The notes: generated from the letters alone by a model not told the origin. 64,000 nt of DNA from Fidelibacterota bacterium (GCA_014381925.1 JACNKR010000063.1:68867-132866), one strand, 5' to 3'; numbered from the stretch's first letter, positions 29,433-38,507 are shown. A program made the numbers and translations.

Positions 29433-31520
29433 TTATTTGGTATGATGATATAAAAACCCCAATACATCAGCTCTTTCATTAATCCATTTTGATATAGGCT
29501 TCCCCCCTCCATGACCAGCATCGGTATCAACGCGGATTAAAATGGGATTATTCCCTTTGTAAATATGTTGGAATGTTGCTGTTAGCTTATAAGAATGTGA
29601 TGGCACCACTCTATCGTCAAAATCGCCAGTAGTTATAATGATTGGCGGATAATTAATATTAGGCTTTATATTATGAACAGGCGAATAGGAATATAATATA
29701 TTAAAGTCTTCCACAATTGATGGGTCACCATATTCACTCATCCACGCCCATCCAATTGTAAATTTATGATATCTTAACATATCAGCAACAGGGACAGAGC
29801 TTTCGACAGCTCCAAATAAATCAGGCCGCTGTAAAACCACCGCCGAGGTTAATAAACCGCCATTACTTCTACCGCTTATGGATAAATGTTTTTTTGAGGT
29901 AAATTTTTCATTTATTAAATATTCTCCCGCAGAAATAAAATCATCAAATACATTTTGTTTTTTATGTAACATCCCACCAGAATGCCATTTTTCACCATAT
30001 TCATCACCTCCTCTAATATTTGCTACTGCATAAACCCCCCCTGCTTTTATCCACGCAATAATTTCAGAGGAAAATGAAGGCATAATGCTAATTTGAAATC
30101 CACCATACCCATAAAGAAGTGTTGGGTTTTGTCCATTCTGTGTTAATTTTTTTCCATAAATTAGATACATCGGGATTTTTGTACCATCATTCGATGGAAA
30201 AAAAACTTGCTCCATTTTAAATTCATTCGCAGTAAAATTGATTTCTGGTTCAAACCATAGCTCTTGTTGAAATGTTTTTAAATCATATTTATAAATCACA
30301 TCAGGAAATAAATAGGATGAAAAAGTATAATATAAAAAGGGATCTTTTTCTCTTGCCCTAATTCCATTAATTGAACCTTTGCCTGGTAAACCAATTGAGC
30401 GCAAATATTGGCCATCAATTTCATATATTTCTAAACGGTCAGACACATCTTTACGATATTGAACAATGAAATAATTATTTATTAAATTAATATGTGTTAA
30501 CACATCACTTTTTTCTGATATTATTTCTACCCAATTTTCAGGTTCCGGCTGATGTATATCCATTGCAATTAACCTATTTTTAGGAGCATTTACATCCGTT
30601 AAAAAATAAAATATATTATCATCATTTCCAATATAATTGAAGCTACCCGACCAATCATCAGATAATGGTATAAACGGCTCTGTTGATCCCAGCCTGCGAT
30701 AATAAATAGTATTATTTTTTGAGGTCCCATGCCATTTCCCCAGAATTAAATATTTTTTATCCTTTGTGATAATTGTATAAGGGCTATAGTCCGGGTTTTC
30801 ACTATCTTCATAAATTAAACTATCCTTTTCTTGAGGTAAATTGATCTCATGAAAATATAATTTTTGATTATGGTTTTCATTTTCAAATTCTTTATCCTTT
30901 GCCGGCTCAGGATATCGACTATAATAAAAACCGTCTCCACTTGAATTCCAATCAGCTCCAGAAAATTTAACCCACTTTAAAACATTCTCATTTACTTTTC
31001 CAGTCTCTACATCTTTAATATAAATATCTGTCCAATCACTCCCCCCAGAAGACTGCCCATAAGCAAGTAAACTACCATTTTCGTTTATACTTATAAACCC
31101 AATAGATATAATACCACCCTCGCTCATTTTATTTGGGTCAAGTAATATTCTTTCTTTTCCTTTTTCTTTTACATATAGAACAAACTGATCCTGGCTTCCG
31201 TTGTTTTTAAAATAGAATTCTTTTTCACCTCTTATATAAGGCATTTCTTTTTGTGGATTATTTTTTAATTCTTTTAAAGATTTCTTAAAAATATTTTTTT
31301 CAGGAATAGTATCTAAAACAGATTGAGTTAATTTATTTTCACTTTTAATCCACGGTTTTAATTCGGGATCATTTAAGTTTTCCATCCAACGGTATGGGTC
31401 GTGGATTTTAATTCCATGAAACTCATCAATTTGACTTTCTCTTCGAGGATTTGGATATTTTGTATTTGTATTCATACACGCCATAATTAATAGTGATAAA
31501 GTAAAAATTTTATATTTCAA
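29433..31520 (-). CDS. prolyl oligopeptidase (S9A family), secreted/lipoprotein
   Basis: 695 aa. It has DPYRWMEN, a beta-propeller region and the catalytic GRSNGGLL serine motif. Confidence 0.9.
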   Translation of the reverse strand: MKYKIFTLSLLIMACMNTNTKYPNPRRESQIDEFHGIKIHDPYRWMENLNDPELKPWIKSENKLTQSVLDTIPEKNIFKKSLKELKNNPQKEMPYIRGEKEFYFKNNGSQDQFVLYVKEKGKERILLDPNKMSEGGIISIGFISINENGSLLAYGQSSGGSDWTDIYIKDVETGKVNENVLKWVKFSGADWNSSGDGFYYSRYPEPAKDKEFENENHNQKLYFHEINLPQEKDSLIYEDSENPDYSPYTIITKDKKYLILGKWHGTSKNNTIYYRRLGSTEPFIPLSDDWSGSFNYIGNDDNIFYFLTDVNAPKNRLIAMDIHQPEPENWVEIISEKSDVLTHINLINNYFIVQYRKDVSDRLEIYEIDGQYLRSIGLPGKGSINGIRAREKDPFLYYTFSSYLFPDVIYKYDLKTFQQELWFEPEINFTANEFKMEQVFFPSNDGTKIPMYLIYGKKLTQNGQNPTLLYGYGGFQISIMPSFSSEIIAWIKAGGVYAVANIRGGDEYGEKWHSGGMLHKKQNVFDDFISAGEYLINEKFTSKKHLSISGRSNGGLLTSAVVLQRPDLFGAVESSVPVADMLRYHKFTIGWAWMSEYGDPSIVEDFNILYSYSPVHNIKPNINYPPIIITTGDFDDRVVPSHSYKLTATFQHIYKGNNPILIRVDTDAGHGGGKPISKWINERADVLGFLYHHTK

Positions 31521-31529
31521 ACTAATAAT

Positions 31530-32162
31530 TTAATGTTGATGGTCTGGATAATGTGGTCTATGGAATAAAATATGTAATAATGACCCAGATACAACCGCCT
31601 GTATTCCACTCATAAGAGAGCGATCTATAATTCCATTTAATATTTCATTTGAGAAAAACCCTAATATCGTGGCTAAGCACATTACAAAAATAAATAATAA
31701 TGTCTTATTTAAACCATACGATGGACGAGCAAGCATCCAAATTGTAAGTCCAACAGGAAGCCGATGAAGGATAATCGCGAGAGGCAATCCAAAATCAGCA
31801 TCATGTTGGTGTCCATGAGGCATCATTAAGGCCATTCCATCCAAAAGGGCATGAATTAACATTCCTGTACAAATGATTATAATAGTTGTGCGATGTGCTT
31901 TTTCATGTAAACTATCTCTCCCTTTCTCAATAATTGCAGGAATGGATGCCCCAATAAATAATAATGGAAAAGAAAGCCAGCCAATTTCTTCTAAGCTATG
32001 AGGAACAAGATGAAATACAACTAGCCCGCCCACAATTAAAAAAACACCCCTATCCACCACATTAATGGCCTTTCTATTAAAAGTATATAATTGATAAAGA
32101 GCTGGCCCAAGTGATATTGCAACCAAGCTTAAAACAAGCAGGGTATAATTATTAGTTAACAT
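31530..32162 (-). CDS. ZIP-family metal transporter (ZupT-like)
   Basis: 210 aa and multi-TM. It has HALLDGMAL and LAIILHRLPVGL motifs and a His-rich loop, HGHQHD. Confidence 0.55.
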   Translation of the reverse strand: MLTNNYTLLVLSLVAISLGPALYQLYTFNRKAINVVDRGVFLIVGGLVVFHLVPHSLEEIGWLSFPLLFIGASIPAIIEKGRDSLHEKAHRTTIIIICTGMLIHALLDGMALMMPHGHQHDADFGLPLAIILHRLPVGLTIWMLARPSYGLNKTLLFIFVMCLATILGFFSNEILNGIIDRSLMSGIQAVVSGSLLHILFHRPHYPDHQH

Positions 32163-32269
32163 TTTTTCCTAAATTAAATTAATGATAAAAATCTCTTTGG
32201 AATGAGGTCATAAATTATTCAAATTTTGCAACCTTTTTTTAATCATTTTCTTGCTAATTTAGGAATTAT

Positions 32270-32635
32270 ATGCGAGCATTATTGATTCTGTTGCCTCTAA
32301 TTTTATTAATTGGATGTAAATCAGAAGCAGAACTAACCCTCGAAAGAGGAATACAATACTATGAATGGGCGGTTGAAAGCAATGGTAGCAATGTAGATAA
32401 AGCTGTTATTGAATTCAAACAAGTCGTTCGGTTATTATCTTCAAATTTACCAAACATTTCGCAAAACGAAGTAGTCGTTTTAGCAAAAGCACACCACAAT
32501 TTGGCTATATGCTATTTAAAGAAAGATTGGCATGATTCGGCAGAACAAGAAGCAATGAAAGCGTTTCAACTGCTTCCTACTGAAGATAACTATGAAACTT
32601 TATCTATTGTAAAATCTGAAAGAAAGAAAAAATAA
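32270..32635 (+). CDS. hypothetical lipoprotein (TPR-like)
   Basis: 121 aa with a lipobox LLIGC. Confidence 0.4.
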   Translation: MRALLILLPLILLIGCKSEAELTLERGIQYYEWAVESNGSNVDKAVIEFKQVVRLLSSNLPNISQNEVVVLAKAHHNLAICYLKKDWHDSAEQEAMKAFQLLPTEDNYETLSIVKSERKKK

Positions 32636-32677
32636 ATAATATAATTTTATTCTTTTTTCAAACGATTCATTAAAATT

Positions 32678-33133
32678 ATGGATTTACAAAATAAATATGC
32701 ACCAAAAAGTATATGCTTTGGCTGTGGACCTGCAAATGAGCATGGTTTAAAAATTCAAAGCATTCCTGACGGTGATAACGTTTATGCCGTTTTTCAACCC
32801 CAATCTCATCATCACGCATTTCCAAATATATTAAGTGGTGGAATAATTGGTACTCTTTTGGATTGTCATTCTAACTGGACGGCGGCATGGGCAATTATGA
32901 ATAATAGAAATGAAATTCAACCCCCATGTACAGTGACTGCTAAATATACAGTAAATTTATTAAAGCCCTGTCCTACAAAAACCCCTGTTAAGTTAATTGC
33001 ATCAATTGTAGAATTGAATAATAAAAAAGCAATTATTAAATCTGAATTAATTGCAGATGATATAATTTGTGCAACTTGTGATGGAATTTTTATTGCCGTT
33101 GAAGAGGGTCATCCCGCATATAATAGGTGGTAA
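32678..33133 (+). CDS. PaaI-family hotdog-fold thioesterase
   Basis: 151 aa. The N-terminal CFGCGPANEHGLKI is typical of this family. Confidence 0.7.
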   Translation: MDLQNKYAPKSICFGCGPANEHGLKIQSIPDGDNVYAVFQPQSHHHAFPNILSGGIIGTLLDCHSNWTAAWAIMNNRNEIQPPCTVTAKYTVNLLKPCPTKTPVKLIASIVELNNKKAIIKSELIADDIICATCDGIFIAVEEGHPAYNRW

Positions 33134-33134
33134 T

Positions 33135-33536
33135 ATGAAAAAAATTAATAAAACAAATGAACAATGGAAATGTGAATTGTCCCCTCTAGAATTTCATATC
33201 ACCCGAGAAGGAGGAACCGAAGCCCCTTTTTCAAACAAATTTGTAAATCATTTTGAGAATGGTACATATCAATGTGTGTGTTGTCGTGCAGATTTATTTA
33301 TTTCAAATCATAAATATAATTCAAAAACAGGATGGCCAAGTTATAATCAACCAATTAATGAAAATGTATTAACTGAAATTGAAGATAAGTCTTTAGGGAT
33401 AATTCGTACAGAAATTAAATGTTCTAATTGTGATGCACACTTAGGACATGTATTTCCCGATGAAAGCCAAAAAACAGGTCGACGGTACTGAATGAATTCA
33501 GTCGCTTTGAGGTTCAAAGAAAAAAAATCAGAGTGA
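33135..33536 (+). CDS. msrB: peptide-methionine (R)-S-oxide reductase MsrB with in-frame TGA (candidate selenocysteine) at the catalytic Cys position
   Basis: ATG 33135 gives MKKINKTNEQWKCELSPLEFHITREGGTEAPF. Two CxxC zinc motifs are present. The track ORF stops at TGA 33489..33491 in ...TGRRY-TGA-MNSVALRFKEKKSE. The extension ends at TGA 33534..33536 in a GTGA overlap with the next gene. Confidence 0.75.
33505..33519 (+). other. candidate SECIS-like stem-loop downstream of msrB UGA
   Basis: CUUUG-AGGUU-CAAAG forms a 5-bp stem starting 13 nt after the UGA. The apical loop contains GGU. The stem is weak and AU-rich. Confidence 0.35.
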
Positions 33537-35614
33537 AGAAAATACTTTTAACGGGTATTATTCTTTTTTTGGTTAGTTCGTGCTCACATAGTTTGCGATT
33601 TGTTGGTGAACACAAACATAGAGAAGTTACTATTTATAGAGATAATTGGGGTGTTCCCCATATTTATGGCAAAACAGATGCAGACGTTGCATTTGGATTG
33701 GCTTATGCACATGCTGAAGACGATTTAGAAAATATCGTCTTTTCATTATTAGCGGGAAGAGGGAAACTTGGTGAATATTTTGGTAAGGATCTCGCACCAA
33801 ATGATTATCTCGTTCAGCTTTTTGGTTTATGGGATAATCTCAAAAATAATTATAATAAACTCGATAGTGAAACAATTAAACTTTGCAATGCCTATGCCGA
33901 AGGGTTTAATCATTATTTATTAAAACATCAACCAAAAGATATACCTAAAGAAGTATATCCGGTCAAAGGTGAAGATTTAGTTGCCGGGTTTATGCATAAA
34001 ACGCCATTTTTTTATGGATTAAATAAAGTGCTCTCCCAAGTAATGGTAGATAAATACCCACAAGAAACAAAAATGTATTCTTATTTTCCCGAGGTTTATG
34101 GTGAATCAATGGGTTCTAATGTATTTGCTGTTTCACCATCCCGAAGTAAAAATGGGCACACCTTGTTTATGAGCAATACCCATCAGCCATGGAATGGTCC
34201 TACCGCATGGTATGAAGTACATTTACATAGCGAAGAGGGGTGGAATACGGTTGGCGGATTATTTCCTGGTTCTCCAATTATTTTAGTAGGACATAATGAA
34301 AATTTAGGATGGTCACATACTGTAAATAATCCAGATTTAATTGATGTTTATGAATTGGAGTTGTCAGGGGATGACCTTTTAAAATATAAAGTTGATGATG
34401 AATGGCTTGATCTTGAAGAAATACCTATTTCATTTAAAGTCAAATTAATCGGACCTATAAAATTAAATATAACTCAAACAGGCTATCGTTCAATATTTGG
34501 ACCTGTTTTTGAAAGTGAATCCGGTAAAAAGTATGCAATTCGATTTCAAGGCATGGATGATGTTCGCGTTGTAGAACAATGGTATAAAATGAACAAGGCA
34601 TCAAATTTTAATGAATGGAAAGATGCAATGTCGATAACGGCTATACCAAGTTTTAATACGGGCTACGCAGATAAAGATGGAAATATATTCTATGTCTATA
34701 ATGCTAAATTTCCTACTCGTTCGCCCGGGTATAATTGGCGAGGATTATTACCTGGCAATACCAAAGAAACACTCTGGGGAAATAATATTTCATTTTCAGA
34801 GCTTCCACAAGTAATGAACCCAGCCTCTGGATTTATTCAAAATTGTAATAGTTCTCCTTTCGAAACAACAGATGGCAATGATAATCCCGAGGAATCTCAT
34901 TTCCCTGAATGGCTAGGCATTGAAACGATTATGACAAATAGAGCATTACGGTCTTTAGAATTATTTGGAGATGATAAACATATTTCATATGATGAAATGA
35001 TGAAATATAAATATGACTTAAAATATTCTGAAAAATCAAATATTGTTAAAATTATTAAAAGAACAGATGAAATTATAACAAATGATCCACTTTTATTTTC
35101 AGCCATACATATTTTACAAAAATGGAATTTAGAAACAAATATTCAAAACCCACATACTGCATTTGTAATTTTTAGTCTTTTTAAATTTATTGAAGATAAC
35201 CCCTCGCAAATTAATTTAAATGAATTAGAAGATCATCTTTTGCTCAATGCAAAAAAATTCAATAAATGGTATGGAGGATTAGAAGTTCCATGGGGAGAAG
35301 TTAATCGATTAATTCGTGGAAATATCAATTTACCCTTAAATGGAGGGCCAGATATAAACCATGCCATATATGGATCTCCACAAAAAAATGGGATATTAAA
35401 AGGGGTAGCGGGCGACTGTTTTATAATTTATGCTGAATGGGACAAGAATGGAAGAGTCAGCTCACAAAGTATTCATCAATTTGGTTCTACACAAAACATG
35501 GATTCTAAACATTATAATGATCAGGCAATTTTATTTAGCCAGAAAAAGATGAAGCCTGTTTTATTTGAACTATATGAAATTAAAGAAAAAGCAGAACAAA
35601 TTTATAAACCCTAA
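33533..35614 (+). CDS. S45 penicillin-amidase-family Ntn-hydrolase acylase (PvdQ/aculeacin-acylase-like)
   Basis: 693 aa with a GTG start and a lipoprotein-like signal (VSSC). It has VTIYRDNWGVPHIYG and a MGSNVFAV nucleophile-Ser motif. Confidence 0.8.
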   Translation: MKKILLTGIILFLVSSCSHSLRFVGEHKHREVTIYRDNWGVPHIYGKTDADVAFGLAYAHAEDDLENIVFSLLAGRGKLGEYFGKDLAPNDYLVQLFGLWDNLKNNYNKLDSETIKLCNAYAEGFNHYLLKHQPKDIPKEVYPVKGEDLVAGFMHKTPFFYGLNKVLSQVMVDKYPQETKMYSYFPEVYGESMGSNVFAVSPSRSKNGHTLFMSNTHQPWNGPTAWYEVHLHSEEGWNTVGGLFPGSPIILVGHNENLGWSHTVNNPDLIDVYELELSGDDLLKYKVDDEWLDLEEIPISFKVKLIGPIKLNITQTGYRSIFGPVFESESGKKYAIRFQGMDDVRVVEQWYKMNKASNFNEWKDAMSITAIPSFNTGYADKDGNIFYVYNAKFPTRSPGYNWRGLLPGNTKETLWGNNISFSELPQVMNPASGFIQNCNSSPFETTDGNDNPEESHFPEWLGIETIMTNRALRSLELFGDDKHISYDEMMKYKYDLKYSEKSNIVKIIKRTDEIITNDPLLFSAIHILQKWNLETNIQNPHTAFVIFSLFKFIEDNPSQINLNELEDHLLLNAKKFNKWYGGLEVPWGEVNRLIRGNINLPLNGGPDINHAIYGSPQKNGILKGVAGDCFIIYAEWDKNGRVSSQSIHQFGSTQNMDSKHYNDQAILFSQKKMKPVLFELYEIKEKAEQIYKP

Positions 35615-35704
35615 TTTATTTTATTAAATGAAATAGGACTAAAAATTGTAATATCAGTTAATAATGAGAATAAATAGTTATTTAATATTAGAAAAGGAAA
35701 AAGA

Positions 35705-36064
35705 ATGGGTTTAGATAAATTATATAAATTAGGTAAAACATTAGCTGTATTTACACTAACGGTTTTATTAATATCAATAACAGCTAAAGTATGGTGCGGT
35801 GGATGTGAAAATCGAAATAGTCGTTTTGGTAAATCATGTGCCGTTTCACCCTGTGCAAGTGGAAATCAAGAAGTTCAAGTCTTTGCATGGGATTCAGACA
35901 GTGGAGAAATTGACATCGAAGCAATTATAAGCGGTGAAGACTTAGACGATGAAACAAAAGCCATGCTAAAAAAAGCAATCAAAGATATTGATATCGATAT
36001 TGAGATAGATGGCGACGGAAATGAAGTAAAGAAAAAAGTAATGGTTAAAATTATCGGTGAATAA
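35705..36064 (+). CDS. hypothetical membrane-anchored Cys-rich, acidic protein
   Basis: 119 aa with an N-terminal TM followed by CGGC...C...C and a D/E/I-rich tail. No family recognised. Confidence 0.45.
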   Translation: MGLDKLYKLGKTLAVFTLTVLLISITAKVWCGGCENRNSRFGKSCAVSPCASGNQEVQVFAWDSDSGEIDIEAIISGEDLDDETKAMLKKAIKDIDIDIEIDGDGNEVKKKVMVKIIGE

Positions 36065-36067
36065 ATA
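36035..36067 (+). repeat. 33-bp direct repeat copy A (3' end of the 119-aa gene)
   Basis: AAAGTAATGGTTAAAATTATCGGTGAATAAATA matches 37450..37482 at 30 of 33 positions. Confidence 0.8.
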
Positions 36068-36279
36068 TAATTTTTCCTTATAAAAAAATATAAAATTCCA
36101 TTACTCTCTGTTTCAATACTTTCATCTAGTTCAATAGTCATCTACGACCTCCAGGTATAGTTTGATTATTAAGACTAATTTCTTTTATTATTCTTCCGAT
36201 TTTAATCCAGGAAACTTAAACAGTTTGTATTGTATAATCACCTCATCGTAGATTTGCGATAATCGATAAATGGAAAAGT

Positions 36280-36597
36280 ATGCCACTTGCAAAAATAGAT
36301 ACATTTGATAACTCCGATAAGCAATTAGCAGATATAGCGAAAGCACTTTCTCATCCCGCTCGTATTAATATTCTTCGAATATTAAATGAGCGTAATTCTT
36401 GTATTACCGGAGAGATTGTTGATCTAATCCCCTTATCCCAATCAACGGTAAGTCAACACTTGAAGGAATTAAAACGGGTGAATCTAATAAAAGGGGAGAT
36501 TGAAGGTCCACGCACATGTTACTGTCTTAATGAAGATGTCGTTGAAAAAACAAAATCTGTATTTACAAAACTGTTTTCAACATTTAAGTGTTGTTAA
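36280..36597 (+). CDS. arsR: ArsR/SmtB-family metalloregulator
   Basis: 105 aa with wHTH ALSHPARINILRIL...STVSQHLKELK. It carries Cys pairs CYC and a C-terminal CC. Confidence 0.85.
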   Translation: MPLAKIDTFDNSDKQLADIAKALSHPARINILRILNERNSCITGEIVDLIPLSQSTVSQHLKELKRVNLIKGEIEGPRTCYCLNEDVVEKTKSVFTKLFSTFKCC

Positions 36598-36622
36598 ATA
36601 AAAATTAAAAAAAGGTAGAAAA

Positions 36623-37405
36623 ATGGAAAACAATGAAATGAAAAATATAGTCCAGGAAAAATATGCTGAAATTGCTACAGAAAATACATCTTGCTGTGGA
36701 TCTAATCCAGCAACAGATTATTCCGCTTTTAACTTAGATTATACCCGTTTAGACGGATATGTAGAGGATGCTGATCTACATCTTGGATGTGGTATTCCAA
36801 CAGAGCATGCTAATATCAAGCAGGGCGACACAATTGTCGACTTGGGTTCTGGTGCAGGAAACGATGTTTTTGTAGTTAGAAGCATTATTGGAGACAAGGG
36901 CAAGGTTGTTGGTATAGATATGACGCCTGAAATGGTTGATAAAGCAAATATGAATAAAGAAAAGCTCGGTTTTGAAAATGTTGAGTTCAAATTGGGTGAC
37001 ATTGAGAATCTTCCACTTGATGATGAAATAGGTGATGTGGTTGTGAGTAATTGCGTTCTTAATCTTGTGCCGGATAAAGAAATAGCTTTTAATGAGATTC
37101 ATCGTATTTTAAAACCAGGCGCACATTTTTGTGTTTCCGACATTGTGCTTGAAGGTCAAGTTCCACCAGAATTGAAAAAATCAGCAGAAATGTATGCAGG
37201 ATGTGTCTCTGGTGCTTTACAGAAAAATGAATATCTGGAAATAATTGAGAAAGTCGGGTTTAAAGATATTGAAGTGAAAAAAACTCGCGAAATTGTTTTA
37301 CCTCAAAATTTAATTCAATCATTTATGGATGATTCGCAATATGAAAAATATAATAAAAGCAATATAGGTATTTATAGCATTACGGTGGTGGCTACAAAAA
37401 AATAA
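36623..37405 (+). CDS. arsM: arsenite S-adenosylmethionine methyltransferase (ArsM-like)
   Basis: 260 aa. It has the SAM motif VDLGSGAGND and conserved Cys at SCCG, LGCGIP and AGCVSGA, as in ArsM. It lies directly after arsR. Confidence 0.8.
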   Translation: MENNEMKNIVQEKYAEIATENTSCCGSNPATDYSAFNLDYTRLDGYVEDADLHLGCGIPTEHANIKQGDTIVDLGSGAGNDVFVVRSIIGDKGKVVGIDMTPEMVDKANMNKEKLGFENVEFKLGDIENLPLDDEIGDVVVSNCVLNLVPDKEIAFNEIHRILKPGAHFCVSDIVLEGQVPPELKKSAEMYAGCVSGALQKNEYLEIIEKVGFKDIEVKKTREIVLPQNLIQSFMDDSQYEKYNKSNIGIYSITVVATKK

Positions 37406-37449
37406 CATATTTATCCATCCTTATGGATTTACTAAAATTGTTGAAGAAT

Positions 37450-37482
37450 AAAGTAATGGTGAAATTTATTGGTGAATAAATA
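37450..37482 (+). repeat. 33-bp direct repeat copy B (relic 3' end, 18-codon ORF MDLLKLLKNKVMVKFIGE*)
   Basis: AAAGTAATGGTGAAATTTATTGGTGAATAAATA. Two of the three differences from copy A are synonymous in the KVMVK(I/F)IGE* frame. Confidence 0.8.
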
Positions 37483-37504
37483 AAAATTTAGCCCTTCACA
37501 CAAT

Positions 37505-37522
37505 CCTCTCTAGTTAGAGAGG
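37505..37522. terminator. bidirectional hairpin terminator between convergent arsM and OMP genes
   Basis: CCTCTCTA-GT-TAGAGAGG is a perfect inverted repeat with AT-rich flanks on both sides. Confidence 0.6.
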
Positions 37523-37544
37523 AAATTAATTACTTTACTCTTAT

Positions 37545-38450
37545 TTAATTCAGTATTTCTCTTATGCTCAAGGAAATTGTCTTACCAATTAATTGACTGC
37601 CTTCTAGGTCATGATTAAACGGCTGATCATACATTAAAGATATTGAGCGAGTATTGGTCCATTTGTATTCTAAACCAACAGCACCATTTAATTGTTTTTT
37701 TGCAGAATTATTTTCAATCATTCCAATGCCTATTTCAGATGTACTATTTATGAAACGAAGTTTAAAATATGGATAAATTTCACCATAAACAGCTACCTGT
37801 CTAAGGGTTTGCAATTGAAGGTTGATTGAATTCCCCGGTTTATATCCTATGTCGCTTTCTGTAATGGGAACAGATGCAGAACCTGATACACCAAATACCC
37901 ACGGGAATTTAGATCTCCACCACCACTCAAAACCAAGAGAGCCTGAATATTGACCGGTACCTAATCTTAAACTTTTATCCTCCTCTGTTATTTTTTGACC
38001 TGTTGGTAATGTTATTTTACCATTAATAAATAATTTTTGTCCTGGCCCCATAACATTATTTTTTACTATCCAACGAAGATTTACAGAAATATCGCCCAAC
38101 CCTTTTTTAATTTTATTTTTATGTTCTGAATCAGGGCTTTCTTCAACATTATATTGATTCCATCTTTTAAATGGAATACTAACAAAAGCATTGATGTTTT
38201 CAGTTATTCCAAACATACCGTAAACATTTAACAAATTTAAATCTACATTGCCTTCTAACTCTATATTATTATCTGACTCAAAAGTCATATATGACATGCT
38301 GGTGCCAAGCATAATTTGATTACTACTTAAACCAACTCCTTCTGTTGCACTTCCGACCGAAAGTGTCGGGCTACTTCAAAGAGGGCATTGTGCAAATAAT
38401 AAGATTGGAAATAAACCAACTAATAAAGTAAATAATAATTTCTGTTTCAT
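37545..38450 (-). CDS. outer-membrane beta-barrel protein (MetA-pathway/transporter-like) with signal peptide joined through in-frame TGA: candidate CxxU selenoprotein
   Basis: Track ORF 37545..38312 lacks a signal peptide. The same frame continues upstream through 21 sense codons, then one TGA (38376..38378), then MKQKLLFTLLVGLFPILLFAQCPL from ATG 38450. A GLGDISVNLRW motif and a beta-strand pattern lie downstream. Confidence 0.65.
38348..38369 (-). other. candidate SECIS-like GC-rich stem-loop downstream of the OMP UGA
   Basis: The RNA is UGA-AGUAGCCCGACACUUUCGGUCGGAAGUGC. It has two alternative 5-bp stems: CCGAC/GUCGG, or CACUU/AAGUG with loop UCGGUCGG. The segment is about 62% GC in an AT-rich genome. 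Confidence 0.5.
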
Positions 38451-38507
38451 GATTTTTCTTTCTGTTTTTTATTTCAATTATATCTTAGATTGGATATTGC
38501 TAAGAAA

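Noticed and set aside
32163-32269. The divergent strand-switch gap (minus-strand block to plus-strand block) as a replication origin.
   Set aside because: It is only 107 bp and I saw no DnaA-box matches. It cannot be excluded without GC-skew analysis, but there is no positive sequence evidence.
35657-35683. A Fur-box-like AT-rich sequence (TTAATAATGAGAATAAATAGTTATT) upstream of the 119-aa gene.
   Set aside because: It resembles GATAATGATAATCATTATC only partially. In DNA this AT-rich, such matches are expected by chance.
35875-36141. An 88-aa minus-strand ORF overlapping the 119-aa Cys-rich gene.
   Set aside because: It is antisense to an ORF with a clear SD and TM anchor. Its translation is repetitive (SISISISL), mirroring the DIDIDIEID codons.
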